From a phage: a stretch of DNA of 64,000 nucleotides. Positions 19,709 to 26,300 of the stretch are shown piece after piece. The notes under the pieces were generated by a model. The model had not been told where the DNA came from, ran no database searches, and saw only the letters and a program-made list of their open reading frames with translations. The translations under genes and the position numbers were made by a program. Location of the stretch: sequence record PZ445487.1; one strand, given 5' to 3'. Each line of letters begins with the position of its first letter. Position 1 is the first letter of the stretch.

Positions 19709-20818
19709 TTAAAACAAACGTTTATAAGTTCGACCATTGTACTGCATGCGGCCTAATATGAAAACTGCGGTAAAAGGGATACATCCAAACAGCACGACGA
19801 TAATCACTTCCCAAGTTTTAAGATCTCGCCATTTCAGATATTCCATTTCCTTCATCTCAACTCGGTTGTATCCCTTACTGATATTGACCGCAACTTCTTG
19901 GAACACGGATATGCCCATTGGTTTCCCAGTCAATGAAAGTCCGTTACGAGAATGGAGTTCCATGTTGTTCATGCCGTCGGCAAATGACGTAGACTTACCC
20001 CAATTAATTTTCATATCCTTTGAAATATCGGTGACTACAATAACATCGTTCTTTTTACCGCCAGACCATGCATATAGAAGTCCCTGAAAATATTCAACAG
20101 GCTGGCCAGAAGTCACAACCCAAACGATATTAACCTGACGTGAAGCACCTAATGTTTTCAGAGTATTGTTCAGATAATCATTCCAGTAATCAACAGGAAT
20201 GTCCATCCCTGACATATTCAGAACACGAGTTACTCGGTAATAATCATACACCCTCGGATATGAAGGGATATGCTCTTTGAACTTCTCGGCGAATTTCTGG
20301 TCAGATTTAGAGAATAATGAATCTTTGTTGCCCAGCACATAATTCATATATGAATGTTCACGTGCCGCAGGTTCCCCGATTTTAACTTGTGCCCAACGCG
20401 GAGGCTCTGTAGTACCCTGACGATCAATACGGTCAATGCTCAGATCACCGACGGTTGTTAATACGTCCCAATCAACGTCATAAGAGTGCTCATAGCATGT
20501 GCTGCAATGACGCGTTTGTGTACAAGATCGGTTATTTCCTGAACCTGTACAAGATGTTGTGTAATAACACATACATTCATAAGAATGTTCACAACCCACC
20601 TTATTCCGTTGCTTATCAGTTACATATCCATTCAGGATTTCCACGTCCCCAGAACTACCAAGGGAGAAAGCAGCATATAATCCCGACTGGATAAGGCAAG
20701 ACAATACGATAACAATGGCCGTGGCGATCAAAGTCTCCTTTGGCTCATGAGTCTTGCGGTGATATATCACAAACAAGATGGCCAAAATTACAGGAACCAC
20801 AAACAGAAGGTAAATCAT
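19709..20818 (-). CDS. membrane protein with N- and C-terminal TM helices and Cys-rich central domain (369 aa)
   Basis: N-terminal LLFVVPVILAILFVIY and C-terminal VIIVVLFGCIPFTAVFILG hydrophobic segments; central region with at least 10 Cys. Confidence 0.55.
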   Translation of the reverse strand: MIYLLFVVPVILAILFVIYHRKTHEPKETLIATAIVIVLSCLIQSGLYAAFSLGSSGDVEILNGYVTDKQRNKVGCEHSYECMCYYTTSCTGSGNNRSCTQTRHCSTCYEHSYDVDWDVLTTVGDLSIDRIDRQGTTEPPRWAQVKIGEPAAREHSYMNYVLGNKDSLFSKSDQKFAEKFKEHIPSYPRVYDYYRVTRVLNMSGMDIPVDYWNDYLNNTLKTLGASRQVNIVWVVTSGQPVEYFQGLLYAWSGGKKNDVIVVTDISKDMKINWGKSTSFADGMNNMELHSRNGLSLTGKPMGISVFQEVAVNISKGYNRVEMKEMEYLKWRDLKTWEVIIVVLFGCIPFTAVFILGRMQYNGRTYKRLF

Positions 20819-21201
20819 AACACACCATCCACGAGTTGTTCCTTCGTCATACCAAGAAGTTGATTTTTATGCTCAGATTTAGCCCCATTTTTCAACAACA
20901 GATCCCAACGTTCTTCATGATACTGTGGAGTCATTGCATCGTCAAAAGAAACATGGTGGAGATGCATAATTGTTGCAACGGTATGAAGAACGATTGCTGT
21001 TTCTCTTTTTAAAGCACGTGTATCCGTGATATGGTCTTCATATTCGATTCCCATCAAATCGAGTTCTTTTCGGATATATGCTATAGACAAATCACCTTCA
21101 GAATGCAATTTAACAATAGTCGCTTTCTTAGGATGTAACACGCCGTCTGTTTCTTTCATGAACAGATCGTACAGGTACTGTTTGTATTCGGACTGTGTCA
21201 T
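20815..21201 (-). CDS. hypothetical protein (128 aa)
   Basis: ORF track; 4-nt overlaps with neighbours. Confidence 0.5.
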   Translation of the reverse strand: MTQSEYKQYLYDLFMKETDGVLHPKKATIVKLHSEGDLSIAYIRKELDLMGIEYEDHITDTRALKRETAIVLHTVATIMHLHHVSFDDAMTPQYHEERWDLLLKNGAKSEHKNQLLGMTKEQLVDGVL

Positions 21202-21410
21202 TTAGATTCTCCCATGACGATAACAGGAGCGCCATTACGGAAACAACTATATTCTGCAGGAAGACCTTCGCGAACCTTCTGGGCGAACGCTTCAGAAACA
21301 ACCAAACGACCAACCAGAGGTTCTTTTTGTTTTGGGGTGGACTCAAAGTAATCACCAAAAGTCGCTTCCATATCGAGCACAGACATGTCTTCAATTCGTT
21401 GCATTGCCAT
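21198..21410 (-). CDS. hypothetical protein (70 aa)
   Basis: ORF track; ATGA-type overlap. Confidence 0.4.
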   Translation of the reverse strand: MAMQRIEDMSVLDMEATFGDYFESTPKQKEPLVGRLVVSEAFAQKVREGLPAEYSCFRNGAPVIVMGESK

Positions 21411-21421
21411 GATATAGGACC

Positions 21422-21613
21422 TCAGTATAATTTCGTATAAACTTGTTTAACGCCAATATCGGCAGGAGCTGTGCTCTGCTGCATATTATAGAATGCCAAA
21501 TCTGCTTGTTCTTTGTTTTCAAAATCAACTACAACTGTGTGTACTGATATTGCTTCACCCTGTCCATAAGCATAACAACGGCTGGTGACCAATATTTTGT
21601 ATTGAGGTGTCAT
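21422..21613 (-). CDS. hypothetical protein (63 aa)
   Basis: ORF track. Confidence 0.4.
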   Translation of the reverse strand: MTPQYKILVTSRCYAYGQGEAISVHTVVVDFENKEQADLAFYNMQQSTAPADIGVKQVYTKLY

Positions 21614-21636
21614 AAAATCAATCCTTGCAAAAAGAA

Positions 21637-21680
21637 AGGGGAACGGGCTAATAATAACCCATTCCCCTTTATTGAAGAAC
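21637..21680 (-). promoter_or_regulatory. conserved intergenic hairpin element (aggggaa / ttcccct, loop with TATTATT) plus TTCAATAAA
   Basis: Paralogue of the element at 18651..18695; upstream of gene 21422..21613. Confidence 0.35.
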
Positions 21681-21695
21681 GCAATCGCAATCAGA

Positions 21696-21863
21696 TTACT
21701 TTTTCTTCAGCTCGTCCAGTTTGGCTTCGATTTGTTCCAGGATGTCTTTACCCTTCTGAACAATCACTTCACCGTCTTGCGCGTGTTTGCGAAAGACCAG
21801 AGCGCCAGCGATGAAGCCGACAACCACACCAGGAAGCGCATAAACCAACAGATCTTGTAACAT
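21696..21863 (-). CDS. small membrane protein (55 aa)
   Basis: Not in ORF track (<60 aa). ATG 21863 preceded by GAGGA at 8 nt; translation MLQDLLVYALPGVVVGFIAGALVF... has one TM helix. Confidence 0.4.
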   Translation of the reverse strand: MLQDLLVYALPGVVVGFIAGALVFRKHAQDGEVIVQKGKDILEQIEAKLDELKKK

Positions 21864-21898
21864 GATAATATCCTCACTTTATAGCGAGGATATTTATA

Positions 21899-23140
21899 TC
21901 AGCGTTTCAAGAGTGTCATGAGGTTCACACTTTTAGAAGGATACACAGTACCATTTCGGCTCATGGTGTCCAATTTACCAACTGACAAACAAACCTCAGA
22001 CGGTTCCCAACGTGTACCCTGCTGTAAATGCCAGATATGTAGAGGAACACCCGTCTCAAAGAACACGGGCATCTTCCACTTCTGGACGCCTGGAACGTGC
22101 CCTGCAGGAGCCTTCTCACATAACAGGGTATCTGGTAGCCAGAGTGAACGGGCTTCCCAGAGAGGTGCACAGGAGTATTCAGGCCAAATACGTTCCATAT
22201 AATCGATCTCGTCCCATGTACGCTCGGCGTCCCACCCGATGTAACGGGTATTCTTCAGTCGGAAGAATTTCTTCAACCAACAAGCACCGGAGGTCTCAAA
22301 GTTCAGACGATTGATAAACGTGATGTGGCCAAACTCTTCAACGCATTCCTGAAACGCTTTCTCAAGGTCGGTTTCGAGTATATCACATTCTTCGTCTGTA
22401 ATAGGACAACCGTTAATCTTTTTCTTCCCGTGCTTGGTCACCCAATCATCACGGTTGGATAAGAATGCCGCGCCGTTACGATTGGATTCGCTACCATCAC
22501 GGTCACGCAACATGAAACCAGGGACGTCTATATCCCATATGTTACCGAAGACCATGTTCAGGGCTTCCAGGAAGTTCCATGCGCTCAGGCGACCGAAGTA
22601 TTTCCATGACATCGCCGTATTCCACAGTTCGGTGAATTGGTCTTCCTTGGTAGTGCATTCCAACATCCAACGAAAAGAATCCATTTGGGTTTTACCACCC
22701 AACCAATCGATATAGGACTGAACGCACGGAATCATCTTCGACTTACGATAACGACAATCTGTATCGAAGCGCATACGATCAAAGTTCAGGTTATACCAAT
22801 CAGAAAATCGCTGAAACTCTTTCGGAGATTGTGGGGGTACAGGAAATTCACTGTAAATTGTCCATGGTCCAATCCCATTATAGCAACAACCCCACAAAAA
22901 GGCCATCCAAATCTTGCGCTCGATCTTCTCGAGCTGTGTGATGCCTTCTGTAACCTCGATGGCATAATCCATCAGACGGACTTGCTGGTTATGCTCTTCA
23001 GTGTAGGATAGCGCCTCCACCCATGCCTTGAGCAGGTACATGCGATTTTCTGGCTTACGATAATCTACTGCCAGATCAATCGGGTATTTCCATTTTTCAG
23101 GGGCTTTATATCCCTGCGGCATTTTAGAAATGTGTATCAT
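21899..23140 (-). CDS. hypothetical protein (413 aa), Trp/Cys-rich
   Basis: Long ORF on the coding strand; no motif recognised. Confidence 0.55.
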   Translation of the reverse strand: MIHISKMPQGYKAPEKWKYPIDLAVDYRKPENRMYLLKAWVEALSYTEEHNQQVRLMDYAIEVTEGITQLEKIERKIWMAFLWGCCYNGIGPWTIYSEFPVPPQSPKEFQRFSDWYNLNFDRMRFDTDCRYRKSKMIPCVQSYIDWLGGKTQMDSFRWMLECTTKEDQFTELWNTAMSWKYFGRLSAWNFLEALNMVFGNIWDIDVPGFMLRDRDGSESNRNGAAFLSNRDDWVTKHGKKKINGCPITDEECDILETDLEKAFQECVEEFGHITFINRLNFETSGACWLKKFFRLKNTRYIGWDAERTWDEIDYMERIWPEYSCAPLWEARSLWLPDTLLCEKAPAGHVPGVQKWKMPVFFETGVPLHIWHLQQGTRWEPSEVCLSVGKLDTMSRNGTVYPSKSVNLMTLLKR

Positions 23141-23322
23141 CCGATTTTACTCCCGAGTTCAACACGGAACGCCAGATAGAAGAAAGTGGCGATCGATACT
23201 GGACAGATCACCAAGAATGGGCGCTGTTGCACCCCTTCTGTGACCATGACGCCGACCAGCGAAACCGTAAAGATAACGAACATCAGCATCATGAAGATAA
23301 AATCAACATGCTTGATTTTCAT
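23137..23322 (-). CDS. small membrane protein (61 aa)
   Basis: Two hydrophobic segments; ATGA overlap with downstream gene. Confidence 0.4.
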   Translation of the reverse strand: MKIKHVDFIFMMLMFVIFTVSLVGVMVTEGVQQRPFLVICPVSIATFFYLAFRVELGSKIG

Positions 23323-23689
23323 CTTTCACTTCCTCTACAGGAGAAACAACTTCAGGCTCAGCTTCGGGAGCCAGCTGAATTTCTTCGGGGCTTACTACGG
23401 GCTGTCCCAGAGACCAGATAGGCAGGAAACGACGATCATTCGTCACCAACCAAATTTGCTTGGCGGTTTTCGTCTTTTCGGAAATAAAATGCTGGGCATT
23501 GACCTGGGTACGAGCCAAACCCACCTGACGCCAAGAACCGAAATCCTTAGAAGAAGGATTGGTATTCAGTTGAAATTGTGGGACGATTTTATTCTGTTCC
23601 GGATAATAACGGACAGCGTTAATCATCTTCGCATCACCACGGTAATCAATAGCAACAGCGACAACGTTGCGTGGAATGAGGATTTTCAT
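23303..23689 (-). CDS. hypothetical protein (128 aa)
   Basis: ORF track. Confidence 0.45.
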   Translation of the reverse strand: MKILIPRNVVAVAIDYRGDAKMINAVRYYPEQNKIVPQFQLNTNPSSKDFGSWRQVGLARTQVNAQHFISEKTKTAKQIWLVTNDRRFLPIWSLGQPVVSPEEIQLAPEAEPEVVSPVEEVKDENQAC

Positions 23690-23690
23690 T

Positions 23691-23894
23691 TTAATTCCTT
23701 TTGAAACTCTGAATTATGTTATAGACGAAAGGCGTTAATAAGATAGCACCCCCCAAATAATATAACGCGTAAACGTTCAATATTTCGGTTGAATCCAACT
23801 CAACGATGCCCAAATATTTCATGACACCGACAAGCACAGCTGTGATACACATCACCAATCCGACGAACACAAAATATTTAGACATCTGTTTCAT
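23691..23894 (-). CDS. small membrane protein (67 aa)
   Basis: Two hydrophobic helices (FVFVGLVMCITAVLVGV, YYLGGAILLTPFVY). Confidence 0.45.
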   Translation of the reverse strand: MKQMSKYFVFVGLVMCITAVLVGVMKYLGIVELDSTEILNVYALYYLGGAILLTPFVYNIIQSFKRN

Positions 23895-23896
23895 TT

Positions 23897-24802
23897 CTAA
23901 CCCTTACTCAACAGGCCGAGAAGGGATACAGAGGACTTTGTTACCTCTCCCTTGGCGCTCGCCTTGGTTTTAGATTTGGTCGCCTTCTCAGGGACTCGAT
24001 GCGCTAGAGGATCATCCCCACCGACTTCACGCGTCATTGGGTCAGTTTCACAGAATCCGTAGAAATCTTTGATGTCCAGACCCATGGCGTGAAACTCACC
24101 ACGCATTTGATGATGAATAGCGTTGCCAATCACCCATAAAGGTGCATCAAACGGCATCATGGCTAATTCGCTATCATTTCCTGTTTTGAATTCTTGAGTG
24201 TTTGTAGGCGATTGACGGTACAACACGTCTTGCCCGCTGTAGTCATTGACCACCACTTCCCAACCCAGCACCAGCATTTCAGTCTTCGACTTCTCAAACT
24301 CCTTGGAGTAAGATTCGTTGCGTGACCAGCCGGAGTCCCCTGCTTCCTTACCAGAGCGACCACGGATGCGTGCATCATACTGATAGCGGTCTGGGTATGC
24401 AAAATAAAGCAACGCCAGAGATTCAATCGGATAGTTCTTGAACATCCATTCAGGACGCCATTTATCCGATAGCATGAGGGGTTCACCCTCGCACACCAAA
24501 GTGTAACCCTGAGCCAGCCAGCCTTTGACCAGATCACGGGCGATATCACCCGAGCCTGTGGCGGCGTGGATGGCGTCCATGGAAGTCCAGGAAGCCAGGC
24601 CGGATTTGTTGGACACAGTATACTGGCCAACGAAGATTAACTTCAGCTCTTCGAACTTCAGGCCGAATGGGCGCGTCTTGTCACCAATGGTGTAGGTGAG
24701 TTCAGTAGGCTCCAGCTTAGTTCGGAGCCATTCGATGAACTGGACTACTCTCGTACCCTTGCCCGTGGCCGAGGTGCCTTTCACTACAATTATTTTAGCC
24801 AT
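23897..24802 (-). CDS. P-loop kinase (dNMP kinase gp1-like or 5-hydroxymethyluracil DNA kinase-like)
   Basis: N-terminal Walker A IIVVKGTSATGKGT resembles the T4 gp1 N-terminus pattern. Confidence 0.55.
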   Translation of the reverse strand: MAKIIVVKGTSATGKGTRVVQFIEWLRTKLEPTELTYTIGDKTRPFGLKFEELKLIFVGQYTVSNKSGLASWTSMDAIHAATGSGDIARDLVKGWLAQGYTLVCEGEPLMLSDKWRPEWMFKNYPIESLALLYFAYPDRYQYDARIRGRSGKEAGDSGWSRNESYSKEFEKSKTEMLVLGWEVVVNDYSGQDVLYRQSPTNTQEFKTGNDSELAMMPFDAPLWVIGNAIHHQMRGEFHAMGLDIKDFYGFCETDPMTREVGGDDPLAHRVPEKATKSKTKASAKGEVTKSSVSLLGLLSKG

Positions 24803-25050
24803 TATGCATCTTCCTCAATACGCCAGCTCACACCGCCCAACCAGGGAGACCAGAAAACAGCAACCTGTGGACGTTCGTTTTCTACAAACTTCACTTTATA
24901 CTGGTCTTCAAAGTTATAGAAAATTTCATCGTCATCTGGTGCCATACCGTTTTCTATCAGAACACGCTTTAACTCCAGCGCCGCACCAACGGAAGTGGGT
25001 GTGGTTTGTTTACGAATGAAGTTGTTCACATGGATAATAACGCCATCCAT
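24802..25050 (-). CDS. hypothetical protein (82 aa; start uncertain)
   Basis: Start moved to ATG 25050 to avoid overlap with the HAD gene; stop overlaps kinase start. Confidence 0.35.
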   Translation of the reverse strand: MDGVIIHVNNFIRKQTTPTSVGAALELKRVLIENGMAPDDDEIFYNFEDQYKVKFVENERPQVAVFWSPWLGGVSWRIEEDA

Positions 25051-25117
25051 ATCGCTATCACCGGAACGCTTGTCTGGGGTTTCCCCAAACTTAGATTGTT
25101 CTTGCACGATGTCCTCC

Positions 25118-25900
25118 TCAACGGACGTATTGATAATGGCCAATCAGGCGATTCACCACTTCGACAATATTACGGTTCAGGAAGTCGAAGTGGTTCTGGC
25201 CTTCTACTGGTTTAATATAAAGCATATCTTCCGAGTTCGAAAGATCCAGTTTTTCATAATTTCCCTGAGGAACAAAGATGACAAAAATATTGTTCATCGC
25301 ACAGGGTTCAACGTATTTCGGGTTATCATCAATTAAAACATCACCTGCCAAAAGATGCTTTTCGTCGGTGCTGACAAACCCGTTGAAGATGCCAGGGAAC
25401 TTGTCATAGACAAACTGGCGCTTGCTGCGCTCGTGTTCTGGCTCACACTTAGATACTGCGATCAATTCAACATTTTCAAAGTCTTCGAGTAGGATCTTCT
25501 TCAGATTCACCAGGAACTCGTAAGCGCCTGGAAGCGGGTTCATCTTGGCATACAGGTCCGGCATGCGCCACCAATCCATAGGATCACGTCCTGTAGGTGA
25601 ATCCATCCATTGACCAGCAACAAACACACGGCGTGTCAACCATGCTGGGTGAGCGCGTTCCCGCATGAGGATCGCCAGATCACCAGCATGAGCCATATAG
25701 CACTCTTTGGTGATTGGTTGAAATTCAGATGGGTAGTCGTGACAACCCATGTTTTCCGCAGCAGCTTTTGAATTGGAAATATTAAACCAATCCACCCAAG
25801 GGGAGAGGCTATCAACCAAAGTCAAGTCTACGTCTACCAGGATACGATACATTCCACCGATTTTAGAATTGGCATCATACAGACCAACATGATTATTCAT
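25118..25900 (-). CDS. HAD-superfamily phosphatase (5'-deoxynucleotidase-like)
   Basis: Start ATG 25900 (GGAG at 8 nt); motif I ILVDVDLTLVD (DxDxT) and later LIDDNPKY (DD motif). Confidence 0.5.
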   Translation of the reverse strand: MNNHVGLYDANSKIGGMYRILVDVDLTLVDSLSPWVDWFNISNSKAAAENMGCHDYPSEFQPITKECYMAHAGDLAILMRERAHPAWLTRRVFVAGQWMDSPTGRDPMDWWRMPDLYAKMNPLPGAYEFLVNLKKILLEDFENVELIAVSKCEPEHERSKRQFVYDKFPGIFNGFVSTDEKHLLAGDVLIDDNPKYVEPCAMNNIFVIFVPQGNYEKLDLSNSEDMLYIKPVEGQNHFDFLNRNIVEVVNRLIGHYQYVR

Positions 25901-26237
25901 CAGACTTCTCCACTTGATCATAACCAGTTGCGGTGCATTGCTCTTCTGTGCAATCTGCATACAGAACCACAGAAGATTCCTTCACGTAAGTGGTGCAGTG
26001 ATAGGTTTCATCTTCCTGGATGGAATCATCATAATTGCAAACAGTTTGCAACGGACCAGGAGTGGTGTTGTCCAAAGCTGCATGTGCCTTGATGGTGTCT
26101 TCCATCTTATTCACCGCTTGCTGATTGGTGAACGTCGGCGCATCGAGGTCAACAGTAGACGCAACGTCCAGAAGGGTAGAGCATGCAGTGGTAGAGAAAG
26201 CCAGAGCACACACCAGAAGAATCTTATTGAGTTTCAT
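25893..26237 (-). CDS. putative lipoprotein (114 aa)
   Basis: Start ATG 26237; N-terminus MKLNKILLVCALAFSTTAC is signal-peptide plus lipobox-like. Confidence 0.5.
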   Translation of the reverse strand: MKLNKILLVCALAFSTTACSTLLDVASTVDLDAPTFTNQQAVNKMEDTIKAHAALDNTTPGPLQTVCNYDDSIQEDETYHCTTYVKESSVVLYADCTEEQCTATGYDQVEKSDE

Positions 26238-26261
26238 AACAATACCTGTTGTCAAAGGGAT

Positions 26262-26300
26262 AACAGGGGGAATTATATCCCCCTTTGGTTTATTGAATCA
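26262..26300 (-). promoter_or_regulatory. hairpin ggggg-aattatat-ccccc (sense loop GATATAAT) between DNA polymerase stop and lipoprotein start
   Basis: Third copy of the TTCAATAAA-plus-hairpin motif; the -10-like TATAAT lies in the loop. Confidence 0.35.

Noticed and set aside
21899-23140. Thymidylate synthase or dUMP hydroxymethylase identity for the 413-aa protein
   Set aside because: No GxxxxDRTGTGT, PCH-type catalytic context or C-terminal DxHxYxNH motifs recognised; kept as hypothetical.
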